A stretch of 64,000 bases of DNA from Candidatus Tyrphobacter sp. (lineage in GTDB: Bacteria; Vulcanimicrobiota; Vulcanimicrobiia; Vulcanimicrobiales; Vulcanimicrobiaceae): the NCBI GenBank assembly GCA_050733755.1, contig JBOHTS010000013.1, positions 38,562-102,561 of the forward strand. Reading direction: 5' to 3'. A program made the position numbers and the translations under genes. Position 1 is the first letter of the stretch. The number at the start of each line of letters is the position of its first letter. Positions 26,507 through 35,710 of this stretch are shown one piece after another. Below the pieces are notes generated by a model that worked only from the letters and a program-made list of their open reading frames with translations, was not told the origin of the DNA and made no database searches.

Positions 26507-28807
26507 TCACTGCAACTCCGCCGACACCGCGGTTTTCGAGCCGTCGGTCGTCACGGTCACCGCGCCGTTTTCGTCGGTGCGATAAACTTTCGCGCCGTAC
26601 GCTTCCAAGCGCGCGACGGTCGACGGCGCCGGATGCCCGAACATGTTGTGGCGCCCCACGGATATGATTGCGATCCGCGGCCGCACCGCTTCCAGCAACT
26701 CCGGCGTCGTTCCGTAGGCAGAGCCGTGATGGCCAACCTTGAGGACCGTGCAATGCAGATTCACGCCTTCGCGTAAGAAGCGCTGCTCTGCCGACGTTCC
26801 CGCGTCGCCGGTGAAGAGCATGCAGAACGAACGGTAGCGCAGCGTGAACGCGATGGAGTTGTCATTGATGTCGTTGTTGCCGCCGCTGATGAACGGCAGC
26901 GAGGGACCGATGAAGTGCAGCACGAGGCCATCGTCCGTGTGCCACTCGTCGCCGGCGCGCGGATGGACGACGGGCACGCCGTCGGCATGAGCGGTGTCGA
27001 GACAGTCGTGATAGGCGTGCCCGCCGTAGCGCTGCCCACCGTCGGCGATCTCGGCGACGCGAATCTTGCGCAATACCGGCGCGCAGCCGCCGACGTGGTC
27101 GCCGTGCGGATGCGTGACGACAACCGCATCGAGTGAGTGAATGCCGTGACGCAGCAAGAATGGAACGACGATTCGTTCCCCCACGCGCTCTGCGATGGAG
27201 CCATCCGTCTGCGGGCCTCGTTCGAGGCGGCCGCCGGTGTCGACGAGGAGCGCGTGGTGCGCCGGCGTCTCGATGACGATCGAGTCCGCTTGACCCACGT
27301 CGAGAACGGTGATGTGCAGCCCGGAATCCGCGCCCTGCTCGGGAAAGAGCACGAGCGAGATGGCGGCGAGTGCGACCGCGACTCCGAGCGTCGCAGCGCC
27401 CCGGCGTACGCACCACACGAAGGCGAGCAGCGCCGCATCGTACGCAGCGATGCACCACGAAGGCGCCGGCGACATCGGAATCGAGCCGGCAGGCAACGAT
27501 GCGAGGATACGAACGACCGCGAGCATCCATGCGACGATCCACGCATCGAGATTTGCAAATGCTTGCGCAAGCGGCGGCAGCCATGCGAACGCGAGGACGA
27601 GTGCGCCGAGGACGATCGAGACGCCGACGCACGGGACGACGCCGAGGTTCGCAAGGATCGCATACGGAGAAAACTGCAAAAAGATCGCCGCGGTCAAGGG
27701 CCAGGTTCCGATCTGCGTTGCGATGCTGAGCACGACTGCTTCGCGGACGAGCGCGGGAAGCGCGGCGTGCTCCTCGAGCGCCCGCTGCAAGAGCGGCGCG
27801 ACTGCGAAGATCGCACCGACGCAACTGAACGAAAGCGCGAACGACGGCGTCCCAACGCTCAGCGGGCGTACGACGGCGAGTGCGATCGCCGCGAGTGCGA
27901 GGGAGTTCCACGAAAGCGAGGATCGTCCGCACGCGCGCGCCGCAAGAGCCGCGCTTACCATGCACGCGGCACGCGTGGCCGGAAGTTGACTTCCGCTCCA
28001 GATCACGAAGAGCCAGACCGCAGCGATCGCGAGCGCGCACGTCCATATCCGCGCAAGCCCGAGCCGCGTCAGGAACGCGAGCACGACGACCGCGACGACG
28101 CCGAGGTGCAAGCCCGCCGTGACGAGCACGTGCACCGTTCCCGTCTCCTGGAACTCCGCGCGCAGATCCGGCGGAAGGTCGCCGCGCTCGCCCCAAAGCT
28201 CGCCGGCAACGATCGATGCGGCGGGTTCGCCCAGTGCGTCGCGCAGTCGCTGTAGCGCCCATGCGTGCGCGCGAGCGAGCGTGCAGCGAGAGTCGCATGC
28301 TCCGCCGGCGCGTGTCGCGAGGATGGCAGCGCTCTCGATCTGCGCGTCGAAGCCGCGTTCGCGTTCGAGCGACGCTTGACTCGGCTCACCGGGGTTACGC
28401 GCTTGGTCGAACGGGGCAAGCCGTCCGCGAATCAGGATCGCGGCGCCGGGCGGAGGTGGTGTGTCGCGAGTCTCAACCAGGACGGTGAGGCCGTCTTGCA
28501 GATTCGCGGTAAAGCTGCTCGTCGCGCCGCCACTGGAAACGGGCGAGAGCGCGGTGGCCCAGTATCTTGCCGTGCGATGCTCGGCGATCGTGGGGACGTG
28601 CCGCTGCGCATGGGCGGCGCCGGCCGCACAGACGACGAGGGCGCAGAGAGCGCCTGCGCGAACGAGGCGAGGCTCGCCGGGACGCGCTGCATACGCGCAG
28701 AGGAGGACGATGCCGAGCGCGACGAGCGCGCGCGCACCGAGCGAGAGCGGTGAAACCGCGAGCGTTCCAAGCACGGCGGCGATGCCGAAGACGACCGGCG
28801 GCGTCAC
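26507..28807 (-). CDS. comEC: DNA internalisation competence protein ComEC/Rec2 (with metallo-beta-lactamase domain)
   Basis: Multi-TM competence domain plus a C-terminal MBL domain: 'ITVLDVGQADSIVIETPAHHALLVDTGG', 'VVVTHPHGDHVGG', 'LKVGHHGS'. Confidence 0.85.
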   Translation of the reverse strand: MTPPVVFGIAAVLGTLAVSPLSLGARALVALGIVLLCAYAARPGEPRLVRAGALCALVVCAAGAAHAQRHVPTIAEHRTARYWATALSPVSSGGATSSFTANLQDGLTVLVETRDTPPPPGAAILIRGRLAPFDQARNPGEPSQASLERERGFDAQIESAAILATRAGGACDSRCTLARAHAWALQRLRDALGEPAASIVAGELWGERGDLPPDLRAEFQETGTVHVLVTAGLHLGVVAVVVLAFLTRLGLARIWTCALAIAAVWLFVIWSGSQLPATRAACMVSAALAARACGRSSLSWNSLALAAIALAVVRPLSVGTPSFALSFSCVGAIFAVAPLLQRALEEHAALPALVREAVVLSIATQIGTWPLTAAIFLQFSPYAILANLGVVPCVGVSIVLGALVLAFAWLPPLAQAFANLDAWIVAWMLAVVRILASLPAGSIPMSPAPSWCIAAYDAALLAFVWCVRRGAATLGVAVALAAISLVLFPEQGADSGLHITVLDVGQADSIVIETPAHHALLVDTGGRLERGPQTDGSIAERVGERIVVPFLLRHGIHSLDAVVVTHPHGDHVGGCAPVLRKIRVAEIADGGQRYGGHAYHDCLDTAHADGVPVVHPRAGDEWHTDDGLVLHFIGPSLPFISGGNNDINDNSIAFTLRYRSFCMLFTGDAGTSAEQRFLREGVNLHCTVLKVGHHGSAYGTTPELLEAVRPRIAIISVGRHNMFGHPAPSTVARLEAYGAKVYRTDENGAVTVTTDGSKTAVSAELQ

Positions 28808-28853
28808 GTCTATCGTTCACGACGACAGACGCGTAAAACAAGGGGAGGAAGAG

Positions 28854-29786
28854 ATGCGGATCATCGTTACAGGCGGAGCCGGCTTCATCGGGTCGCACAT
28901 CGTCGACGAGTATCTCGCGCAGGGGCACGACGTGCTCGTCATCGATTCGCTCTGGGAGCACGGCGGAGGGCGGCGAGCGAACGTTCCCGATCGCGTCAGC
29001 TTCGTGCCGATGGACATTCGAGACAAGAATCTCAGCCGCGTCTTCGCGGAGTTCCGCCCGGAGATCGTCAGCCATCACGCCGCGCAACACTCCGTAGCGA
29101 TCTCGTCGCGCGATCCGGTGCTCGATGCCGACGTCAACGTCGTTGGGCTTCTCAACGTTCTCGAGAACGCGGTGAAGTCGGGCGCGCGCAAAGTGATCTT
29201 CGCGGGCAGCGGCGCGAGCTTCGGGACCCCAGACCACTTCCCGATCACCGAGCAGACGCCGCAGCGGCCGTCGTCGCCGTACGGCATCACGAAGATGGTC
29301 GCCGAGCACTACTTACGCTTTTATAAAGAGGCTCGCGATCTCGACTACACGTCGCTGCGGTATGGAAACGTCTACGGTCCGCGCCAAGACCCCAACGGCG
29401 AGGCCGGAGTCATCGCGATCTTCGCCGCAAAGTTCCTCAAGCATCAGAGCGTGCGCATCGACTGGGACGGGGAGCAGACGCGCGATTATGTCTACGTGAA
29501 AGACGTCGCGCGCTGCAACGTGCAGGCCCTCTCGCGCGGTTCGGGCGAGTGCTTCGTCGTCGGAACGGGCGTCAAGACGAGCGTCAACGAAATCTACCGA
29601 ACCTTCGTCAAAATCGGCGGCTTTACCGCGCCGATTACTCACGCGCCCATGCGCCCGGGCGACGCACGAGACGCACAGTTCGATTCGAGCCTCGCTCGCG
29701 CGCAACTCGACTGGCAGCCGACGACGCCGCTGTTCGAAGGAATGACGCAGACGTACGCCTATTTTTCAAAGCTCATCGCCGCATAG
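28854..29786 (+). CDS. NAD-dependent epimerase/dehydratase (UDP-glucose 4-epimerase-like)
   Basis: 'MRIIVTGGAGFIGSH' Rossmann motif, catalytic 'SPYGITK' (YxxxK) and RBS AGGGGAGG at 28841-28848. Confidence 0.9.
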   Translation: MRIIVTGGAGFIGSHIVDEYLAQGHDVLVIDSLWEHGGGRRANVPDRVSFVPMDIRDKNLSRVFAEFRPEIVSHHAAQHSVAISSRDPVLDADVNVVGLLNVLENAVKSGARKVIFAGSGASFGTPDHFPITEQTPQRPSSPYGITKMVAEHYLRFYKEARDLDYTSLRYGNVYGPRQDPNGEAGVIAIFAAKFLKHQSVRIDWDGEQTRDYVYVKDVARCNVQALSRGSGECFVVGTGVKTSVNEIYRTFVKIGGFTAPITHAPMRPGDARDAQFDSSLARAQLDWQPTTPLFEGMTQTYAYFSKLIAA

Positions 29787-29860
29787 TCGATCCACAACGT
29801 CCGCCGGGCGAGTCTTTTGGGAACACAAGATTGCATGGACCAGCCGGTGCTATACTTGCG

Positions 29861-30214
29861 ATGATGAGCGCAAGCCAGTCGTGGGAGCCCCGAGTGACGG
29901 TCGTGGAAGCGCGTCTCGACGGTATCGATAAGCAGCTCGGAGAGATCAAAGCGGACGTGCGGAGCCTGCGCGCGTCGCAGGAGGAAGGCTTTCGGCGGGT
30001 CTGGGAGGTTCAAGAGGCGGGCTTTCGAGGAGCCGCTCAATCCTTGGAAGCGCTTCGCGCGGAACTCGGCGGAAGAATCGACCAGAGCCGTTCCGGCCAT
30101 CTGGCGGTAACCGATGCGCTTCGTGCGGAACTCGGCGGAAGAATCGACAGGGTCCTCTATCTCGTGCTCGGCTCCTGGGTGACGACGATGCTCGCGATCT
30201 TCTTTCACAAGTAG
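29861..30214 (+). CDS. Small coiled-coil protein with C-terminal TM anchor (tail-anchored); paralogue of 47478..47729
   Basis: 'SWEPRVTVVEARLDGIDKQLGEIKADVRSLR' plus the C-terminal TM 'VLYLVLGSWVTTMLAIFF'. Contains an internal 33-nt direct repeat at 66-nt spacing. Confidence 0.5.
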   Translation: MMSASQSWEPRVTVVEARLDGIDKQLGEIKADVRSLRASQEEGFRRVWEVQEAGFRGAAQSLEALRAELGGRIDQSRSGHLAVTDALRAELGGRIDRVLYLVLGSWVTTMLAIFFHK

Positions 30215-30226
30215 CGGCGCATCGGG

Positions 30227-32758
30227 TCAGCGTACTATATTGAGCAACTTGTCCGCAACGTAGACGTGCTTGCGCGGGTCGGCGCCTGCGAGATGCGCGC
30301 GAACGTTCGGATCCGCAAGCGCGAGGGCTAGCGCTTCGCTCTCGACGAGCCCCGGTGCCGTCGCGATGCGCGCGCGAACCTTTCCGTCGACCTGCACGAC
30401 GAGCGTGATCGTCTCGCGCTCCATGGCCGAAGCGTCCGGCTCGAGGTAGCGTTCGAGGTGAACGGAGCCTTCGTGCCCGAGGCGTTCCCACAGTTCATCG
30501 GCGATGTGCGGAGCGAACGGCGCGATGAGAAGCGGCAACGTGCGCGCCGCGTAACCAAGCACCTCCGACTCCGGTGCGTCGGCATCAAGCGCCGACATCG
30601 CGTTGAGAATCTCGTCGAACTTCGCGATCGTCGCGTTGTAATGGAAGCGGCGTGACTCTGTCTCGTCGCGAGCGGATTTCGCCGCGACGTGCAGCGCACG
30701 CATGAGTTCCTTTTCGGCGGGAGTCGCCGCCACAGGCGCCGGTTCGCTGCGTTCGGTCCCTCGACTTCGCTTCGCTACGCTCGGGATGACACGAGCAGCG
30801 CCGTCGAGGGGCTCGGGATGACAAAAGGAGCGTTCGCATAGGCGCCAGAGGCGGTTGAGAAATCTCACGCGGCCGGAGATGCCTGTGTCGGTCCAGTCGC
30901 CCGTGTCCTCCGGTGGCGTCACCGAGAGGAGAAAGAGACGCATCGCGTCGACGCCGTACCGCTGCGCGGTATCGTCGATGCCGACGACGTTCCCGCGAGA
31001 CTTCGACATCTTCTCGCCGTCGTGAAGAACGAAGCCTTGGTGGAAGAGGTGCTCGAACGGCTCGTCGCGGCCGCGTACCCAGCCGCAATCGTGAAAGAAC
31101 TTGTAGAAGAAGCGCGCGTAGAGTAGGTGGAGCGTCGCGTGCTCGGCACCGCCCACGTACTGGTCGACGTTCATCCAGCCGTCCGCGGCGTCAGGATCCC
31201 AGGCAGCCCGCTCGTCGTGCGGCGAAAGATAGCGCAGATAGTACCACGACGACTCGAAAAACGTGTCCATCGTATCGCCGTCGCGCACGGCGGCACCGCC
31301 GCAGCGCGGACAGCGTGCGTTGACGAACTCCGGCATGCGTGCGAGCGGCGAACCCTCCGCGTCCATCGGCGGATTGCGCGGCAAGAGCACGGGGAGTTGC
31401 TCGTCGGGCACCGCGACTTCGCCGCAGCGCCCGCAGTTGAGAATCGGAATAGGCGTGCCCCAGTATCGCTGTCGCGAGACGAGCCAATCGCGTAAGCGGT
31501 AGTTCACCGTCGCGCGTCCCGCGCCGGCCGCCTCGAGCCGTCGCGCGACTTCCGCGCGCGCTTGCGCGCTCGACATCCCCGTAACCTCGCCGCTGTCGAC
31601 GAGCCGTCCGTCTTCGACGAACGCTTCTTGCAGCGCTGCACCTGCGTCGGCGTCACGTTCGGGAACGATGACGCGCGCGATGGGGACGCCGTGTACGCGC
31701 GCGAAATCGAAATCGCGTTCGTCGTGCGCGGGAACGCCCATGACGGCGCCGGTTCCGTACTCTGCGAGAACGTAGTTCGTCGCCCAAATCGGAACGCGCT
31801 CGTGCGAGAGCGGATTGATCGCGTACGCACCGGTAAAGAGCCCGCTCTTCTCCATGAGGCTCGTGCGCTGGAGTTCCGATTTCGAGCGCAGCGACTCCGC
31901 AAATGCATCGATCGCCTGCTCTTGCTCTTTCGAGATGACGCCGCGAAGTGATGCGATGACGGGATGCTCGGGCGCGATCGCGACGAACGTCGCGCCGAAG
32001 AGCGTATCGGCGCGCGTCGTGAACGCCGCGATGCGCTGCGACGTCCCCTCGACCTCGAAGGAGATTTCGACGCCCTCGCTGCGTCCGATCCAGTTCCGCT
32101 GCATCGCTTTCGTCCGCTCCGGCCACCCGTCCAGCGAGTTCAGGGCCTCCAGGAGGCGATCGGCGTATGCGGTGATCTTGAGAAACCACTGCGAGAGATT
32201 GCGCCGCTCGACGAGGTTGTCGCAGCGCCAGCAGCGTCCGTCGATGACTTGCTCGTTCGCAAGCACCGTTCGGTCGTGCGGACACCAGTTCACCGGAGCC
32301 TCGCGCTTGTACGCGAGCCCGCGTTCGCGCAGGCGCAAGAAGAGCCACTGATTCCAGCGGTAGAACTCCGGATCGCACGTCGCAAACTCGCGCGTCCAGT
32401 CGTAACTCGTTCCGATGAGACGGAGTTGACGCGCCATGTTTGCGATGTTCGACTTCGTCCACGTCTCCGGATCGATGCCGCGCTGGATCGCGGCATTTTC
32501 GGCCGGCAAACCGAAGGCGTCCCAGCCCATCGGATGGAGTACGGTTGCGCCGAGCATCCTCGTCATCCGCGCGATCGCGTCGCCGAGCGTGTAGTTCTTC
32601 GCGTGGCCGACGTGAAGATCGCCGGACGGATAGGGCAGCATCTCGAGCACGTAGGCTTTGCGGCCGGCCGGCAGGGCCGGAGCGCGGTAGATGGCGTCGC
32701 GCTCCCAGCGTTCGCGCCACTTGCGCTCGATCGCACCGAAGTCGTACGCCTCAGGCAT
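30227..32758 (-). CDS. leuS: Leucine--tRNA ligase
   Basis: 'MLPYPSGDLHVGHAKNY' (HIGH), 'KMSKSRGN' (KMSKS) and the CP1 editing domain. I prefer the ATG at 32758 ('MPEAYDFGAIERKWRERW'). The track start at 32842 would overlap comEA. Confidence 0.95.
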   Translation of the reverse strand: MPEAYDFGAIERKWRERWERDAIYRAPALPAGRKAYVLEMLPYPSGDLHVGHAKNYTLGDAIARMTRMLGATVLHPMGWDAFGLPAENAAIQRGIDPETWTKSNIANMARQLRLIGTSYDWTREFATCDPEFYRWNQWLFLRLRERGLAYKREAPVNWCPHDRTVLANEQVIDGRCWRCDNLVERRNLSQWFLKITAYADRLLEALNSLDGWPERTKAMQRNWIGRSEGVEISFEVEGTSQRIAAFTTRADTLFGATFVAIAPEHPVIASLRGVISKEQEQAIDAFAESLRSKSELQRTSLMEKSGLFTGAYAINPLSHERVPIWATNYVLAEYGTGAVMGVPAHDERDFDFARVHGVPIARVIVPERDADAGAALQEAFVEDGRLVDSGEVTGMSSAQARAEVARRLEAAGAGRATVNYRLRDWLVSRQRYWGTPIPILNCGRCGEVAVPDEQLPVLLPRNPPMDAEGSPLARMPEFVNARCPRCGGAAVRDGDTMDTFFESSWYYLRYLSPHDERAAWDPDAADGWMNVDQYVGGAEHATLHLLYARFFYKFFHDCGWVRGRDEPFEHLFHQGFVLHDGEKMSKSRGNVVGIDDTAQRYGVDAMRLFLLSVTPPEDTGDWTDTGISGRVRFLNRLWRLCERSFCHPEPLDGAARVIPSVAKRSRGTERSEPAPVAATPAEKELMRALHVAAKSARDETESRRFHYNATIAKFDEILNAMSALDADAPESEVLGYAARTLPLLIAPFAPHIADELWERLGHEGSVHLERYLEPDASAMERETITLVVQVDGKVRARIATAPGLVESEALALALADPNVRAHLAGADPRKHVYVADKLLNIVR
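30755..30825 (-). repeat. Short repeat element (two GTCATCCCGAGC boxes + GAAGTCGAGGGA box) embedded in-frame in leuS
   Basis: Minus strand: tGTCATCCCGAGCccctcgacggcgctgctcgtGTCATCCCGAGCGTAGcgaagcGAAGTCGAGGGAc. A near-identical module lies at 48214-48329. Confidence 0.7.
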
Positions 32759-32826
32759 CCCGCCTTCGTATTGCGTGCGGTGCGAGCGCCCCTTTCCGCG
32801 CGGGCCGCTCGTCGTGAAAGAGCGGC

Positions 32827-33435
32827 ATGTACCGATACGCACTCATGGCCGCGGGCGTGGCGCTTGCCGCCGTTGCGCTCCTGCACTCTCCCGCAAAACC
32901 GCCCGCGGCAACGGTCTCCGCACGGACGCCCGCAGCGCCTGCGTCGTCGCCATCTTGGGGACGCGCGCGTCGTCGCGCACCGGCTGCGTTCGAATCGATG
33001 GTCGTCTACGTCGCCGGCGCGGTACCGAGGCCCGGCCTCTACCGCCTGCGCGCCGGGTCCAGAGTGGACGACGCGGTAAGAATGGCCGGCGGCTTGGAAC
33101 GCAACGCCGACGCGGCAGGCGTGAATCTCGCGCAGCGGCTCGAGGACGGCGACGAGGTCGAGGTTCCCGTCGTCGGCGAAACGCCGCACCTCCGATCGAG
33201 GCATCCGTCGCATCGCCGCTTGAAGCGCAGCCGGCGCAGTGTCGGAGTCGTAGAGTTGAACGCCGCCGGAGCCGATTCGCTCGCCGGCGTCCCGGGTATC
33301 GGCGCGGCGATCGCGCAGCGGATCGTCGAAGTGCGCGACCGCGAGGGGCCGTTTGCCTCCTTGGATGAGCTGCTCGACGTCGCCGGGATGACCGCGGGCC
33401 GCCTGGAGCGCGCCAGGCCTCACCTTCGCCTATAG
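32827..33435 (+). CDS. comEA: Competence protein ComEA (TM anchor, SLBB-like domain, helix-hairpin-helix DNA-binding)
   Basis: 'VVYVAGAVPRPGLYRLRAGSRVDDAVRMAGG' and the C-terminal HhH 'VELNAAGADSLAGVPGIGAAIAQRIVEVRDREGPFASLDELLDVAGM'. Confidence 0.8.
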   Translation: MYRYALMAAGVALAAVALLHSPAKPPAATVSARTPAAPASSPSWGRARRRAPAAFESMVVYVAGAVPRPGLYRLRAGSRVDDAVRMAGGLERNADAAGVNLAQRLEDGDEVEVPVVGETPHLRSRHPSHRRLKRSRRSVGVVELNAAGADSLAGVPGIGAAIAQRIVEVRDREGPFASLDELLDVAGMTAGRLERARPHLRL

Positions 33436-33473
33436 AGAGAGGCCTTAATGAGGAAGCCCCGCGGGGCCATCGA

Positions 33474-35258
33474 ATGATATTTTTACCAATGGGGCTTCCC
33501 GCACGCAAAACGCTCGTGCGATTGATTCGCGACACGCTCGAGCACCCACAAGCCCAGCTGCTCTTCGAGCGTTGCAATGGAACGTGGACTGCGACGACGA
33601 GCGCGCAGTTGATTCAGCGCGTCGAGAACGTCGCAGCCGCGATCGCGGCCGCCGGCCTGCAAGGCGGCGATCGCGTCGCGCTCATCTCGCACGACTGCGT
33701 CGACTGGATCGTCGCGGCGTTCGCGACGCTCTTCGCAGGGTGCGTCGTCGTTCCAATCTATCCGACGCAGGCGCTCGATCAGACCGCATTCATCCTGGAG
33801 CACTCCGGAGCGAAGCTGCTCTTCGTCGACACGCCGCAGGCGCTGCAAAGACTGCGCGGCGCGGCGAGCCTGCCGCGCGCCGTCGTGTTCGAAGGAAGCG
33901 GCGCCGGTACGCTTGCGGAGCTCGAGGCGGGGGGCGCGCGTCGTTCTCGCGTGCGGTCACCGGCAACTCCGGACGATCTCGCCGTGCTCATCTACACGTC
34001 GGGAACGACCGGAAATCCAAAAGGCGTCATGCTGACGCACGACAATATCGCCTTCGACGCGCAGTCGGCCGAGGCATACGGCTTCCAAGGCGTTCGCGCC
34101 GGACAGGACGTCATCTCGGCGCTTCCGTACTCGCACATCTTCGAGCACACGATGATCTATATCTATCTGATCGCTCGCGTGCGGTACTACATCTGTCACG
34201 ATCCGAATGCGCTCGTCGCCGACCTCCTCGACGTCCGCCCCGTCACGATGACGGCCGTGCCGCGCATCTTCGATCGCGTGCTCGCGGGCGTAACGGCGAC
34301 GGCGCTCGCGCACGGCGGAGCGCAAGCGCGACTCGTTCCTTGGGCGCTGTCGGCCGGCCACGATTACGCGTATGCGAAGACGTTCGGCCTCGGCGCGAGC
34401 CTTGGCCTGAGCTTGCGCTATCTTGCAGCACGCGCGCTCGTTCTCGGAAAGATTCGCAAACGGTTAGGGCTCGACCGTCTGCGCTACTTCACGAGCGGAA
34501 GTGCCGCGCTGCACGTCGACACGGCGATGACCTTCCTCGGACTGGGACTGCCGATCATGCAGGGATACGGTCTCACGGAGACCTCGCCGGTCGCAACGGT
34601 GAGCAGGTTCTCGGCGAACGCGTACGGCGCCGTTGGGAAACCGATTCCGGGCGTCGAGATTCGGATCGCGCCCGACGGCGAGGTGCTCACGCGCGGCCGG
34701 CACGTCATGAAGGGATACTACCGCGACGATGACGCGACCGCCGCCGCGCTTGAAGACGGGTGGCTGCACACGGGCGACGTGGGCACGATCGACGACCGCG
34801 GATTTCTTTCGATCACCGATCGTAAGCGCGAGCTCTTCAAGACGGCCGGCGGAAAGTTCATCGCACCGGCGCGCGTCGAATCGGCGATCAAGCGCTCGAT
34901 CTACGTGACCCAGGCGATGGTCGTCGGCGACGGACGGGCGCATCCTGCCGCGGTGATCAATGCAAACTGGGATCTCGTGTGCCGCGCGCTCGAGCTTCCG
35001 GCGCAGACGTCGCCCGAGGATCTCGCGCAGCGCGACGACGTCGTCGAGTTTCTCAGGCGCGAGGTCGGACGGCAAACCGCAGACCTCGCGACCTTCGAGC
35101 AAATTCACCGCATCGTCGTGATTCCGCAGGAGTTCACCGTCGAGAACGGCTTCCTCTCGCCCGCGATGAAGATCAAGCGGCGCCTCGTCGAGCGTCACTA
35201 TGCCGACGAGATCGAACGCGCGTATCACAAGGAGCTAGGAGTGCATATTCATGCTTGA
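33474..35258 (+). CDS. Long-chain acyl-CoA synthetase (AMP-dependent ligase)
   Basis: AMP-binding motif 'LIYTSGTTGNPKGVMLTH', plus 'GYGLTETSP' and 'GWLHTGDVGTID'. Confidence 0.85.
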   Translation: MIFLPMGLPARKTLVRLIRDTLEHPQAQLLFERCNGTWTATTSAQLIQRVENVAAAIAAAGLQGGDRVALISHDCVDWIVAAFATLFAGCVVVPIYPTQALDQTAFILEHSGAKLLFVDTPQALQRLRGAASLPRAVVFEGSGAGTLAELEAGGARRSRVRSPATPDDLAVLIYTSGTTGNPKGVMLTHDNIAFDAQSAEAYGFQGVRAGQDVISALPYSHIFEHTMIYIYLIARVRYYICHDPNALVADLLDVRPVTMTAVPRIFDRVLAGVTATALAHGGAQARLVPWALSAGHDYAYAKTFGLGASLGLSLRYLAARALVLGKIRKRLGLDRLRYFTSGSAALHVDTAMTFLGLGLPIMQGYGLTETSPVATVSRFSANAYGAVGKPIPGVEIRIAPDGEVLTRGRHVMKGYYRDDDATAAALEDGWLHTGDVGTIDDRGFLSITDRKRELFKTAGGKFIAPARVESAIKRSIYVTQAMVVGDGRAHPAAVINANWDLVCRALELPAQTSPEDLAQRDDVVEFLRREVGRQTADLATFEQIHRIVVIPQEFTVENGFLSPAMKIKRRLVERHYADEIERAYHKELGVHIHA

Positions 35259-35673
35259 CGCGCCGACGCCGATTACCGCCGCGCGCTCCGCGCGCGCCTA
35301 CGAGCACCATCCCGTCGACGAGATTCTTCGCGGCCCGATCAAGAGCAAGACGGTCTTTCCCGCGTTGCTCCTCCATCTGCTCGAAGAACAGCCCGACCAC
35401 GGATACGGGCTCATGCAGCGCATCGATCGTCTGTGCGGCGATCTTATCGCGGTGAACACGAACAAAATCTATCCGCTCCTGCGGCGCCTGGAAGAGCGCG
35501 GCTTCGTGAGCGCCACGTGGGACCACCCAACGAAGCGCTCGCGCCGCATCTATGCCATTACACCGGCAGGGATCGACCGGCTCGAACGCATCAAGCGCGG
35601 CATGGATCCCTACTTGAAAACGATCGAGCAGGCCGTCTCCCGGCTTCGACGCGCCCTCTACGACGTTTCGTAG
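35251..35673 (+). CDS. PadR family transcriptional regulator
   Basis: 'LLLHLLEEQPDHGYGLMQRI...KIYPLLRRLEERGFVSATW...RRIYAITPAGIDRL'. Overlaps the end of the acyl-CoA synthetase by 8 nt. Confidence 0.8.
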   Translation: MLDAPTPITAARSARAYEHHPVDEILRGPIKSKTVFPALLLHLLEEQPDHGYGLMQRIDRLCGDLIAVNTNKIYPLLRRLEERGFVSATWDHPTKRSRRIYAITPAGIDRLERIKRGMDPYLKTIEQAVSRLRRALYDVS

Positions 35674-35710
35674 GGAAGGTTCCGTCGCGTGCCGGCGACA
35701 AGCACGGCAC

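Noticed and set aside
30050-30148. 33-nt direct repeat at 66-nt spacing, considered as a mini CRISPR-like or regulatory repeat
   Set aside because: There are only two copies, both inside a coding frame and encoding the same peptide ('ALRAELGGRID'). This is an in-frame tandem duplication, not a repeat-spacer array.
32759-32842. 28-codon upstream extension of leuS
   Set aside because: The LeuS consensus N-terminus begins at 'MPEAYDFGAIERKW' (ATG 32758). The extension would overlap the comEA start and has no conserved sequence.
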